IMG/VR virus record: IMGVR_UViG_3300037067_022550
Strand: one strand, 5' to 3'
Origin: a virus
DNA length: 64,000 nt
The first letter of the stretch is position 1. Each line of letters opens with the position of its first letter. Shown piece by piece: positions 48,650 to 58,457 of the stretch. Made by a program: the position numbers and the translations under genes. Under the pieces are notes generated by a model. The model was not told the DNA's origin, did no database searches, and saw only the letters and a program-made list of their open reading frames with translations.

Positions 48650-49024
48650 TTAATTACTTTTTAGTTTATTTAAATCTTCTTCTGCATTTTTTATTTGTTC
48701 CTCTAGTCGTTTCATTTCTTCCTGTTTGCGAATAATTTTATAAGCAATTTCTTTCTTTTCTCTACTTTTTTTAGCTTTTTCAACTCTTTTGCTTTCATCA
48801 ATAAATTCAGTAGCAGAAACTGTCAATTTTACAATTAACGGAATCCCATAATCTGGGTAATTATTGGCCCACCAAGTAACCATAGATCTGGCTCCACCAA
48901 TTTTGGGGTAAATACGTGCCTTATTTATGTTATCAACCCAGCATGTTCCACTACCACCGTATCCCTTTCTCCTAAGCCATTTTCCATCTTTACTTTGAAC
49001 AACATATAATTCTAAATTTTGCAT
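48650..49024 (-). CDS. hypothetical protein with coiled-coil C-terminus
   Basis: 124-aa ORF with C-terminal K/E-rich helix. Confidence 0.35.
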   Translation of the reverse strand: MQNLELYVVQSKDGKWLRRKGYGGSGTCWVDNINKARIYPKIGGARSMVTWWANNYPDYGIPLIVKLTVSATEFIDESKRVEKAKKSREKKEIAYKIIRKQEEMKRLEEQIKNAEEDLNKLKSN

Positions 49025-49106
49025 CAGATTTTTACCATAGTTATCTTGAAAAAATAATCTTTATTTCAGTAAACAAATAACAATCAAAAATATTGGCAAT
49101 TATTTT

Positions 49107-49388
49107 TTATTCATTAATAGATTCAGGAAAATCACATCCTATTTCTTTTAACTTTGACTTTTTCACAAGAAATATCTTTTTTAGTCTCCTATCTTCCTTA
49201 CTAGTAAAAACATTATATTCTTTTTCATCATAAGCAATTCCAGCTGCAGAAAACATTCCATTGTTAATTAAAATAACAGGAATAAGATCTTTTGGAATAT
49301 TTCCCCAATCTGCCTCCGGAACTTCAAGTCCTTCTCTATACAAAAAAGTTTCTTTTTCTTCATTTGGTGGATTTACATAAAAGCCCAT
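49107..49388 (-). CDS. hypothetical small protein
   Basis: 93-aa ORF. Weak N-terminal similarity to the next gene (MGFYVN vs MGYTYG). Confidence 0.3.
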   Translation of the reverse strand: MGFYVNPPNEEKETFLYREGLEVPEADWGNIPKDLIPVILINNGMFSAAGIAYDEKEYNVFTSKEDRRLKKIFLVKKSKLKEIGCDFPESINE

Positions 49389-49400
49389 TTGTTTTTCTCC

Positions 49401-49634
49401 TTATATTATTTGAAGTCTAATCGGTTTTTTTATTAATTCAACCTGATCTTCTCGTAAAACTATACCAAAACATCCAATTCCAGTTTCTTTCATAAATGTT
49501 CCATCTTTACTTTTAGTAAGAATATCATCCGTAAAAAGTTCTATATTTCTGTCCTTTTCAGATAGGCATGGCCAAGGATATTCTCCGTCTTTTTTGACCT
49601 TATAATATTCATTAAGTCCATATGTGTATCCCAT
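49401..49634 (-). CDS. hypothetical small protein
   Basis: Start placed at the MGYTYG internal Met to reduce overlap with the upstream gene. Confidence 0.3.
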   Translation of the reverse strand: MGYTYGLNEYYKVKKDGEYPWPCLSEKDRNIELFTDDILTKSKDGTFMKETGIGCFGIVLREDQVELIKKPIRLQII

Positions 49635-49644
49635 TTGTTTCTCC

Positions 49645-50076
49645 TTATTTTTGTTCTTTATTGCGTGTTGCTTCAAGTATGGGCAAATTAGCTTCTGTTG
49701 GAATATAAACTACTGTTTTTTGTTGCCCAGCTCCAGCTACATCAGTAATCCAAAGATAACGAAGATAAGCTTCATTGTTGTGTAAACTTTCTCCAATAAT
49801 TTTGTTTGCTTTGGCTACTCCTTCTGCTCTCAATACTTCTGCTTTAGCCAAAAGCTCAGAACTTTCCATCTTAGCTTTGGCTTCTGCCACAGCAACTTCC
49901 TTGGCAGATTGAGCATGAGCCAATTGAGCTTGACCCTCAAGGCGTTTTTGGTACACATTCCAACGAGGACAACCCCACATTCCTAAACACGTTATTATTA
50001 GAATAAATATTCCAACATGAATTAATATGGGTGCAACTTTCGGAGTTTCGTTTCTTTCATTCCAATAAATACTCAT
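49645..50076 (-). CDS. SPFH/band-7-like membrane protein (short)
   Basis: N-terminal TM. Ala/Glu-rich helix RLEGQAQLAHAQSAKEVAVAEAKAKMESSELLAKAEVLRAEGVAKA typical of SPFH/YqiK C-terminal regions. Confidence 0.45.
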   Translation of the reverse strand: MSIYWNERNETPKVAPILIHVGIFILIITCLGMWGCPRWNVYQKRLEGQAQLAHAQSAKEVAVAEAKAKMESSELLAKAEVLRAEGVAKANKIIGESLHNNEAYLRYLWITDVAGAGQQKTVVYIPTEANLPILEATRNKEQK

Positions 50077-50095
50077 TTGTTTCTCCTTATTATGT

Positions 50096-51268
50096 TTATT
50101 TTTTTATGATTTCAAGATATAACTGATTAATTGCCTTGTGGTTTACAGTATGAGGAATTTTTGTTGTTTCTTTCAACCTTTTCAATCCTTCCATTTCTTC
50201 TTCAACTATCTTTATTAATGTTTGATAGTCGTATTTTCCTCTCCTAATATCCATCAAGAATTCTCTTTGCTTTCCTTCAAATCTAACAATTGGCTCAGAT
50301 TTTGTCAATATATTTTTTCCAGAATAAAGAAGTCTCATGCAATGCATCATATTTTTACAGTCATAATCAACTACACCTTTTTCTTGAATAATCCATCTTG
50401 CTTCATTTCTATTTTTAACCCAATCCCAATAGTTTTTCCATACTTTGTGAGCTTTTTCAAATTCAGCTTCGCTATATTGTAAAAGACCGACAAATCTATC
50501 TCTTTCGTCGTCAAGCGGAATAGATTCGCAAACCAACATTTGGTCTCCTCTAAAAACCCCCTTGGAAGAATCTCCATAATAATAAAGTCTATAGGTGTTA
50601 GGAATATGTTCCAAAGCAGCAACATGAAATTTAGATAAGTCATATACTTTTGAAAGACGGCAATATTCTATTGGTCTGCATGGAGTGTTCATTATAAATT
50701 TAATCATGTCTAAATCATATATTGTTTCTATATTAGACATATCAGATCTGAACCCGCACTTTCTTGGAGAATAATTTTCCCAAAGAGGCAAAGGAATAAT
50801 GCGACAAAAATCTTCTTTCTTTGGTGGATCTTTTGGACAAGGGTTATTAACTAGTTTATTTTGACCACGACACTTTTCCCACTGAGCATAAGCATATCCG
50901 CTGTGCGTAAAGTAAGCCTTTTGAGAAATAAAAAGATTTCTGTTAGCAATTATCATTTCCATTTCCGGAGTGCATTTCTTAATACATTCTTTTGGTAAAA
51001 ATGCCATTTCTAGAATATTTGGATTCCCATCTTGTATTAGTTTAAAAAACTTTCTAAGTTCATAATATTTAACATCTTGCTTATCATCTGCAACTTCCTC
51101 GGGAGGATCAAACAAAGACATATGCATTTCATTTGGAACCTTAAATACACCCCTAATATCCGTATCAGAAGAATATTCTGGAGTATCAATGGCCAAATTA
51201 TATGCCCTTGATCCTGAAATTGCTTCAAACATAATGTATTTTTGTTCTTTAATGTCTTTAATATTCAC
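50096..51268 (-). CDS. predicted nucleotidyltransferase (pol-beta superfamily, PF10127-like)
   Basis: ISGSRAYNLAIDTPEYSSDTDIRGVF gives the GS...DxD NTase motif. Confidence 0.5.
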   Translation of the reverse strand: MNIKDIKEQKYIMFEAISGSRAYNLAIDTPEYSSDTDIRGVFKVPNEMHMSLFDPPEEVADDKQDVKYYELRKFFKLIQDGNPNILEMAFLPKECIKKCTPEMEMIIANRNLFISQKAYFTHSGYAYAQWEKCRGQNKLVNNPCPKDPPKKEDFCRIIPLPLWENYSPRKCGFRSDMSNIETIYDLDMIKFIMNTPCRPIEYCRLSKVYDLSKFHVAALEHIPNTYRLYYYGDSSKGVFRGDQMLVCESIPLDDERDRFVGLLQYSEAEFEKAHKVWKNYWDWVKNRNEARWIIQEKGVVDYDCKNMMHCMRLLYSGKNILTKSEPIVRFEGKQREFLMDIRRGKYDYQTLIKIVEEEMEGLKRLKETTKIPHTVNHKAINQLYLEIIKK

Positions 51269-51447
51269 AGTTTTTCTCCTATTTGTTAAAAGACTACCAT
51301 ATTATAAAATAATGTCAATAATTTTATTATTATATAGAATATACACATTTTTACAATATTTAATTATAAAAAAATAAAAGAAGAAAGGATATTTAAAAAA
51401 AACTATGAATGATAAAATAGTTAATAAAAAACTAAAAGGAGAAAAAC

Positions 51448-52611
51448 ATGAGTATTTTCACAACTATTTGGAATTTAATTAAGTCTATTTTATGTATTAA
51501 TAGTGGTAATAATAGTAGCAGCAATGGTCCAAAACCTTGGGAAGGCAATCGTAAATTTTTCACTTGCCAATTTCTTTTGAAAGGGCAGTATTCTCCTGAC
51601 GGGTTAGATAATACTATGCAATTTTTTGGAGACAAAATTACAGATGCCATGCGTCAAAAATATCTTGATCAAGTTATTTCATTGGGATTAGATTCCATAT
51701 TTGTCTTTATGCTAAATGGTGGTGGTGGAAATGCAGGAATGGTTTCTTTCTATAAAAACAGGCAAATGATTGGTGGAGAAGTTGATCAAAACGAAATTAA
51801 TTTGAGAAAAACTTGGCTTGCAAAAATGAAGTCAATGGGCATTCAACCAATTTTATGTATGCAATGCTGTGAACACGACATTAACCAAACATGGTCTAGT
51901 TATATTGTAAACCATGCTGATAAGATTTGCTCTGATATTATGCCTGCATTAGAAGAGTATAATCCATTGTGGGTATCTTTCCTTGAAGCAGAAAAGAATG
52001 TTGATGGAGCTGGTTCTCAAAAAGTTGCTGAAGCTATGTGTAAGTATACCATGTCTCCTATTGGAATTCACTCAAGCAAGGTAGAATATATTACAGGAGT
52101 GATGGGAGCTAAAATAGTAGAATTTTTAAAAGACTATAATAATGGAGAAAGAAAGAAAGGCGAACAATTAAATGTGGACGATTTTGTGGCATGGGAACTA
52201 TTCTTGAAAGGCTATGTTAAATCAATAAAAGTTGCTCGTGGTGGATATGATTGGATTGCTTATGAAAGAGGAGAAAATCCAAGTGCTTGGGATAGTATTT
52301 CTCCTGAACAAAATTATGATGATAGCAAAAGAGTAGCCAACAATGTAAGAAGTCCAAAACGCTTTATGATGTTTGAGTATTCTTTAGGAAGAATTAATGA
52401 TAAACATGAACGTCAAGGACTTGCTGTTTCATTTTGTGATACCACCAAAACATTCGGTTGTGGAAGTGGATGCCCTAAAGATCTAGGTGCATTCATGCGT
52501 AATTTATCTGCTGGAATGAATAGTAGTAGATCCGGTAGTAACATTACTCTTACGGGAAATGGTACAACTTGTACTGCCAATCTTTCAACAGGAACGTTTA
52601 CAAAAATATAA
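51448..52611 (+). CDS. hypothetical protein
   Basis: Strong SD AAAAGGAGAAAAAC. 387-aa ORF. Confidence 0.45.
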   Translation: MSIFTTIWNLIKSILCINSGNNSSSNGPKPWEGNRKFFTCQFLLKGQYSPDGLDNTMQFFGDKITDAMRQKYLDQVISLGLDSIFVFMLNGGGGNAGMVSFYKNRQMIGGEVDQNEINLRKTWLAKMKSMGIQPILCMQCCEHDINQTWSSYIVNHADKICSDIMPALEEYNPLWVSFLEAEKNVDGAGSQKVAEAMCKYTMSPIGIHSSKVEYITGVMGAKIVEFLKDYNNGERKKGEQLNVDDFVAWELFLKGYVKSIKVARGGYDWIAYERGENPSAWDSISPEQNYDDSKRVANNVRSPKRFMMFEYSLGRINDKHERQGLAVSFCDTTKTFGCGSGCPKDLGAFMRNLSAGMNSSRSGSNITLTGNGTTCTANLSTGTFTKI

Positions 52612-52877
52612 TATAGTAAAAAAGATGAATTAAGTATGTCTTAAAAAGCTTTGGCTATATATGACGGTTATATAGTTGTATTAATTGTTGTTTTTTATCC
52701 ATTTAATTCTAATTAATATTGCAAATTATTGCTTGTATTTCTATTATGTAGACTTAATAAAATATAAGTGAACACATAAATAATAATATAGTATAAATTT
52801 TAGTGGATCCGTTAGGTTGGCAAAACAATCTAATAAGGACTAAACATAGAATTAAATATAGACAATATTAGGACGGG

Positions 52878-52908
52878 TTGACAAAATCATATAATATTGA
52901 GTATTAAT
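52878..52908 (+). promoter_or_regulatory. candidate sigma-70-type promoter
   Basis: -35 TTGACA at 52878-52883, an 18-nt spacer, then TATTAA at 52902-52907 preceded by TG. Confidence 0.3.
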
Positions 52909-52913
52909 ATACC

Positions 52914-52945
52914 GGGAAACTATTTTCAGGAAATAGTTTTGTCCC
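52914..52945 (+). promoter_or_regulatory. imperfect inverted repeat (stem-loop) in the putative 5' leader of the 52997 gene
   Basis: GGGAAACTATTT-TCAGG-AAATAGTTTTGTCCC forms a 12-bp stem with one 3-nt bulge. No T-run follows, so it is not a + strand terminator. Confidence 0.35.
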
Positions 52946-52996
52946 TAAAAAAATAATTAAAATAAGTTGGTTGATAAATAAAAGGAATAATAAAAA

Positions 52997-53806
52997 ATGA
53001 GTATAACATTAAATTCAGACTATAAAATAGTAGCTCAGAAAGCTATAGAAAAAATAAAATTAGATGTGCTTGAAGCAATTACAAGTAAATTTTCTCCACA
53101 AGCAGTCAAAAAGGGTTGTTCTATTACTGTACCGCTTGTTGGTAATAAAAAAGCTGTTCCATTCTGTCCTGTTCTATTGGATCAATCTTCAGATTCTTTT
53201 ATTCCATTACCTGATATAGAGATTACAAATGATAAGTTAGCAGATTTTGCAGCTGAAGATATGTATGCTGTAGCTAAAAAGGTTATAAACCATGCCTTTA
53301 GTAAAGTTACAGCTGCAAATTATAAAAGAGAGTATATGGTTACTGCTGCATCATTTTCAATATCGGATATTGTAAAATTGATACAGTTAGCAATTACCAG
53401 TGGATTTTCTAAAGGATCAATTGTTCTTAATACCGAAGTTTATGGAGCTTTACTGAATAATAATAATCATATATTACAAGGTAAAAATATATTTAAATTT
53501 ATGAATTTTGATATTATGGGCTATGCTGATTTGCCCAATAATTCTGAAAACCTTGTGGGAATGATTCTTAATCCAGTTGCTATAGCTTGTGCTTCCAGCC
53601 CTGTTTTATCTCCAGAACACTTAAAAACTCAAATGCAGGTGGTAACTAGTACTAATACTGGCATTTCCATGGGATTAATAAAGTTCTATGATAATAATTC
53701 AGGCAAAACATATCAAGGCGTACATCTGATTCATGGATCTATAGCAACCCAATCTGATTCCTTAATTAGGATTGTTACAACGCATATTAAAACAAATCAA
53801 AAATAG
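52997..53806 (+). CDS. hypothetical protein, possibly abundant structural protein
   Basis: 269 aa. Preceded by a 385-bp non-coding region with a promoter-like element and a leader hairpin. Confidence 0.4.
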   Translation: MSITLNSDYKIVAQKAIEKIKLDVLEAITSKFSPQAVKKGCSITVPLVGNKKAVPFCPVLLDQSSDSFIPLPDIEITNDKLADFAAEDMYAVAKKVINHAFSKVTAANYKREYMVTAASFSISDIVKLIQLAITSGFSKGSIVLNTEVYGALLNNNNHILQGKNIFKFMNFDIMGYADLPNNSENLVGMILNPVAIACASSPVLSPEHLKTQMQVVTSTNTGISMGLIKFYDNNSGKTYQGVHLIHGSIATQSDSLIRIVTTHIKTNQK

Positions 53807-53892
53807 ATCAATTTCATCATTATATATTAATAAAAAACCTATGCTTTAATTGTCTATGATTTTTTATTAACAAATACAATTAACTAATAAAA

Positions 53893-54150
53893 CTATTTCT
53901 CTACAATAATATCATAATTTTGTTGATTTTCTTTTATGGTAATATCAAGGTCTTTTATTCCAATTTTTTGAAGTGCAAACATTATCCCAATTGTTAAAAT
54001 AGATGTTAACTTGCCATCTAATTCTTCTTTAGGAATTTGAACAACTACTTTATTATTGTTTATAAAATGAGATGAATAATTATTTTCATTAATTGTTTTT
54101 TGTGCTTTATTAATAATTTTTGATTTTTCTTTTTTTTGTTTTTTTATCAT
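53893..54150 (-). CDS. hypothetical small protein
   Basis: 85-aa ORF only. Confidence 0.3.
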   Translation of the reverse strand: MIKKQKKEKSKIINKAQKTINENNYSSHFINNNKVVVQIPKEELDGKLTSILTIGIMFALQKIGIKDLDITIKENQQNYDIIVEK

Positions 54151-54824
54151 TTTATAATTCCTTTTTTACTTTTTTCTCCCAAATAACCCCCATGATGTCT
54201 AATATGAAAATCTTCCATAGTAAATTTATTAATTCTAGCTGCATTTGTAGCAATTATATCTGCTATAACCAACATTACAACAATTGAAGTTGTAGGTGCT
54301 GTATGTAAGTACCCTGATTCTTTAATAATTCCCATATCAATTGTAATATCTGCTTTTTTACGAATAACACTATCGGGATGAGATGTAATAGCAATAATAT
54401 TACCAATATTTAGTTTTCTAGTAAAATCTACTGTTTCTATTACTTCTCTTGTTTTTCCAGAAGTTGAGAAAACCAATAAAACATCTCCTTCTCTAACAAC
54501 TCCTATATCCCCGTGTGCTGATTCCCCAGGATGAATATAAAAAGAAGGGATGCCTAAAGAAGAAAAAGATGATGATGCTTTTTGAGCTATGTGGCCAGCT
54601 TTACCCATACCTGTTGTAATAACTATTGATTTTTTTCTAGATGCGTTAGCAATAATATTACAAGCTTTGCAAATTGACTTGTTTTCTGCCAATAAATGTT
54701 TAAGATTTAACATAGACCAAATAGTTTCATCAATCATTTGGATTACATTTTCATGTATTTCTTTATCTTCTTCAATAATATTTTCAGCAATACATTTTTT
54801 ATTTTTTAAATTTGTTTTTATCAT
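54147..54824 (-). CDS. SIS-domain sugar phosphate isomerase (GmhA/KpsF-like)
   Basis: SIS motifs VITTGMGKAGHIAQK and VLLVFSTSGKTREV. The track start at 54878 is GTG, and the internal ATG at 54824 avoids overlap with the upstream gene. Confidence 0.55.
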   Translation of the reverse strand: MIKTNLKNKKCIAENIIEEDKEIHENVIQMIDETIWSMLNLKHLLAENKSICKACNIIANASRKKSIVITTGMGKAGHIAQKASSSFSSLGIPSFYIHPGESAHGDIGVVREGDVLLVFSTSGKTREVIETVDFTRKLNIGNIIAITSHPDSVIRKKADITIDMGIIKESGYLHTAPTTSIVVMLVIADIIATNAARINKFTMEDFHIRHHGGYLGEKSKKGIIK

Positions 54825-54828
54825 ATTT

Positions 54829-55371
54829 TTATTCAAATAACATGAGTTTGTTTTTGGGGCATATTTTATCAAACACACTAACTATCTGTGCTCTACCGAA
54901 ATATGTTTTTGGTTGCCAAACATACACTGCTGACAATGCAAACTTTTCCTGTGACTTTTTATATTTACCATTTGGATTTGCAGGTATAAACCAATGCTGA
55001 AAAATAATTCTTTGACTTGCAACCCTAGATAACTCTTTTAACAAATCGTGATTCCATTGAAATTTGCCATTATATGGAGGATCTGATATTACTGTATCAA
55101 ATTCATTGTCTTTAACAAAATCTTTCATATTGGCAGCATCGCACTTTATATCGGCTGTTTCTTCATTTAAATCAACCCTAACATCTCCTAATTTACTTTT
55201 GCCACAACAAACATGAAGAGTCCTTCCTACAAATAAAGTTTGTAGGAAGGACTCTATTGACTGTGGCCATAAAACCTTTTTAACAGTATAGATATGACTA
55301 GTTCCAGCTAAAGGTATATTGCCTTTAGATGCATCTATAGCAGGTTGATTTTTATAAGTAACAGTTGACAT
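54829..55371 (-). CDS. small DNA methyltransferase (motif I followed by DPPY)
   Basis: TLHVCCGKSKLGDVRVDL (SAM-binding motif) then TVISDPPYNGKF. 180 aa, no separate TRD. Confidence 0.45.
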   Translation of the reverse strand: MSTVTYKNQPAIDASKGNIPLAGTSHIYTVKKVLWPQSIESFLQTLFVGRTLHVCCGKSKLGDVRVDLNEETADIKCDAANMKDFVKDNEFDTVISDPPYNGKFQWNHDLLKELSRVASQRIIFQHWFIPANPNGKYKKSQEKFALSAVYVWQPKTYFGRAQIVSVFDKICPKNKLMLFE

Positions 55372-55629
55372 GGGTTAAATCAGAACTCCAGCAATTAGAA
55401 ATTTATTTTAGAATATTTTTCTTGTGCGGAAGAAACAGAACAACCTATTTGTTTAGAAATAGCTTTGTAATTCCTATGACCTATTTTCTTCATATGAATT
55501 AGTTTTCTAACCCTGCTCCTGCTCCAAACAAACTTCTTTGAATATATCTTCATTTTATTTTTCCTTTTGTTTTTATACTTAATTGCATAAAAACATTTAT
55601 ATTATACAAATTAGAAGGAAAAATACAAA

Positions 55630-56040
55630 CTATTTTTTAAATTCGTCTTGTGTTGGGAAGAGTAGATTTGGTCTAGGGTGAAAGACTCCTGGATCAGGAG
55701 ATAATGCAGCAATTGAAAATTTTTTTGATTCACTTATGGAAAGTTTTGAAGTTAATGATTTCATATAACGGTATGCTTCTCCAAGTGAAGAAAATGGGAT
55801 AGGAGCTTCATCAATTTTTGGGCTTGTCCCTTCTATTAATTGAAAATGGCAATTTTTAAAGATGGCCATTGGAGGAAAAACACGATTATCTTTTACAAAC
55901 CAACCGTGAATATCTATTCTTGAGTCGCTTTCTAGTTTTTCTTGTAATCCGAATAATCTTCTTAATTTATGCCAAGGATAAGAAGCGTTTCCTCTAAAAC
56001 CTTTATCTCCGGGCAATATTAGTTTACCTCTATTAATCAT
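55630..56040 (-). CDS. hypothetical protein
   Basis: 136-aa ORF only. Confidence 0.35.
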   Translation of the reverse strand: MINRGKLILPGDKGFRGNASYPWHKLRRLFGLQEKLESDSRIDIHGWFVKDNRVFPPMAIFKNCHFQLIEGTSPKIDEAPIPFSSLGEAYRYMKSLTSKLSISESKKFSIAALSPDPGVFHPRPNLLFPTQDEFKK

Positions 56041-56738
56041 ATGCTGCTTTTGTCCTCTGATTTTGATAAATTTTTTAATAAACTGACTATAATATTTTTT
56101 TCTTCTTCATTTTTTGCATTGTCTAAAGCATTATTAAATACTTGTTTAAATTTCCCTCTGTCAATTAAAATCATTTCTCCAGTGCTTTTCATTTCTCCTA
56201 ACAGTTCTGATCTTAACTTTAAGAGAGATGAAAAACTTTTTGATATTTGAGTTACAACATTTGATTTTATTACTTCTGCATCTATTTTTGATGTTCTTGA
56301 ATCACCAACTATTTTATTTGTCTCAATTAACCTTTCTTTTAGTGCAGCCAACATAATATCAACTTCTTCAAGTGTTGACTGTTTAACGCTAGCAATATTA
56401 TCTATGGTGTTTATATATTCTATTTTACGTAATTGTGATTCTCCTTGATTAATATGAGAATTACAATGGTTTTTGACTACATCAATAGAGAAATTTTCTC
56501 CTTTTTCTATTAAAAATTTTAGAGCATTATCATATTTATCATTTTGATATTGAGGTGTTTTTAAAAATATAGATTCGGCTTCTGTCCTATATTTACTAGA
56601 ACAAAAAGCACAGCTATGTTCGTTAAATATGCCAAGTTCATTGATTTTTATTACACTCCCCATAAGTTCTCTAAATCTTGAAGGGACATGTTTTATTAAA
56701 TCAACTGAATCTATTTTGATTATTTTGTTTTCTTCCAT
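56037..56738 (-). CDS. hypothetical protein
   Basis: 233-aa ORF with 4-nt overlap to the downstream gene. Confidence 0.4.
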   Translation of the reverse strand: MEENKIIKIDSVDLIKHVPSRFRELMGSVIKINELGIFNEHSCAFCSSKYRTEAESIFLKTPQYQNDKYDNALKFLIEKGENFSIDVVKNHCNSHINQGESQLRKIEYINTIDNIASVKQSTLEEVDIMLAALKERLIETNKIVGDSRTSKIDAEVIKSNVVTQISKSFSSLLKLRSELLGEMKSTGEMILIDRGKFKQVFNNALDNAKNEEEKNIIVSLLKNLSKSEDKSSI

Positions 56739-56808
56739 ATATATTATTATACAATAAAAACATCAGATATATTACAATGTTTATAAAACAGTAGACAAAA
56801 AGGTATAG

Positions 56809-57147
56809 TTAATCTAACGGCGTATCCATGTCGGCATAAGGTAGAACAGGAACATTTTTATTTTTTAGGGATTTTTCTCCCATATCTGCTATAATAACAA
56901 ATTCTTCAACCTTATGAAATTCTTCTAATAAAACTTCTGGTTTATAGCTCTTAATAGCATATATTAATGAATCAAAAATATCTAATAATCCATCTTTAAT
57001 TCCAAATTTCCTACTATCACATAAAATTTTACAAGAATTAATTGTATCAATAGCTAAAGTTCTATTGCTATGGTCCACGGAAAGTTCTTTTGCATTATTT
57101 AGAAGGGCAATTAGTTTTTTTGCGGTGTCTGAAGCATTATGTGACAT
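56809..57147 (-). CDS. hypothetical protein
   Basis: 112-aa ORF only. Confidence 0.3.
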   Translation of the reverse strand: MSHNASDTAKKLIALLNNAKELSVDHSNRTLAIDTINSCKILCDSRKFGIKDGLLDIFDSLIYAIKSYKPEVLLEEFHKVEEFVIIADMGEKSLKNKNVPVLPYADMDTPLD

Positions 57148-57148
57148 T

Positions 57149-57598
57149 TTACAACCGATATATATTTGTTACACTATCTAATTCCAATGTAGAAAATTTT
57201 TGAATTTCTTCTTCTGCCTTAATACGTGCTTCTTGTTCATTTGCTGCAGTAATTGAAATGCCAAAATCATCACTACTTGAATATATTCTTCCATGAGTAT
57301 CTTCTATATCAAACCCCCAATGTTGAGATATATCATCTGCAAATTCTTCATTAAAATTTCCACTTTCCATAAAGCTTTTTATCATAATAGGATCATATCC
57401 GTCTAATTGAAGCAATTCTTCTGTTTCTTTTCTACTCATTCCTGCGTGTATATATTGATGAGCATTTTTAATCATTTCGTTTTTCTTACAATTGGCACTC
57501 ATTTTATCAATCGCTTGACGAAGATTAGTAATAAAGATAGAACTTTGCACCTGTGTGGGAGTTGATTTATTCGTGCTATTTATATTTAAACTTTTCAT
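57149..57598 (-). CDS. hypothetical protein
   Basis: 149-aa ORF only. Confidence 0.3.
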   Translation of the reverse strand: MKSLNINSTNKSTPTQVQSSIFITNLRQAIDKMSANCKKNEMIKNAHQYIHAGMSRKETEELLQLDGYDPIMIKSFMESGNFNEEFADDISQHWGFDIEDTHGRIYSSSDDFGISITAANEQEARIKAEEEIQKFSTLELDSVTNIYRL

Positions 57599-57684
57599 AT
57601 ATAATTATTTCTTTATTTGCTAATATTTGTCCTTTATTTTTTATATATTATTCTTTTATCAATATTCAATTACCTACATATTAT

Positions 57685-57912
57685 TCAATTAATTAGTTCA
57701 AAGTCCTTGCTACCACAATTTTTACAACCGTCAGAAAAATATTGTTCATCCAAAACCAATCCGCAGTTAGAGCATTTTATCATTTTGACTGTTGTAAGTT
57801 CAGGATTATTAATAGAATTATCTATTACTGCAATTAGGGATTTACCTATAAATCTGCCGCTAGGTGTTTTATTAAAAACCCCTTGTAATTGTAGTATTCT
57901 TTTAATGTCCAT
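57685..57912 (-). CDS. small Zn-ribbon protein
   Basis: CSNCG...CKNCG. Confidence 0.3.
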   Translation of the reverse strand: MDIKRILQLQGVFNKTPSGRFIGKSLIAVIDNSINNPELTTVKMIKCSNCGLVLDEQYFSDGCKNCGSKDFELIN

Positions 57913-58001
57913 AAGTATTTATTCAATCAAATATTAAATTTTCCTTCATAGGTAATTTTTAAAAACTGATTGAATAATTAAGCATAATAGGAGAAAAACC
58001 A

Positions 58002-58457
58002 ATGGGCAAAAAAAGAAAAATAAATAAAGAAACTAAAACATATAAAGAAAAAATAATTCGCCGTTTAAAAAAGAAATTATTAGCTCTTTGGTCTATGAAA
58101 GTAAAAGAACTCAATGGCAATTGTTGTGAAGTTGACGGATGTTCAACTGGAAATGCTCTTAATAGTCACCACGTAGAAAACTTTGTTGTTAATCCAGAGT
58201 TAAGATACGATCTTAATAATGGGGTTTGTTTGTGTCAAAGTCATCATAAATTTTTAGCCAAATCTGCTCACAAGTCTTTTATATTCATGTATGACTTAAT
58301 GTTGAAAAAACATCCAAAAAGTTTAGAATATCTAATTAATTTTAAGCCAACGGGAGAAGAACTAACTGTTGAAACATTAGAAAAAAAAATAAAGGAAATG
58401 GAATCTATTAAGTTTGTAAAAGAAAATCAAGATGTTAATAAAACAGGTAATGTGTGA
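58002..58457 (+). CDS. HNH endonuclease-like protein
   Basis: CEVDGCSTGNALNSHHVEN...NGVCLCQSHH gives an HNH-type motif. SD ATAGGAGAAAAACC upstream. Confidence 0.5.
   Translation: MGKKRKINKETKTYKEKIIRRLKKKLLALWSMKVKELNGNCCEVDGCSTGNALNSHHVENFVVNPELRYDLNNGVCLCQSHHKFLAKSAHKSFIFMYDLMLKKHPKSLEYLINFKPTGEELTVETLEKKIKEMESIKFVKENQDVNKTGNV

Noticed and set aside
52884-52895. TATAAT at 52890..52895 as the -10 partner of TTGACA at 52878
   Set aside because: It is only 6 nt from the -35 element. The TATTAA 18 nt downstream gives a workable spacing instead.
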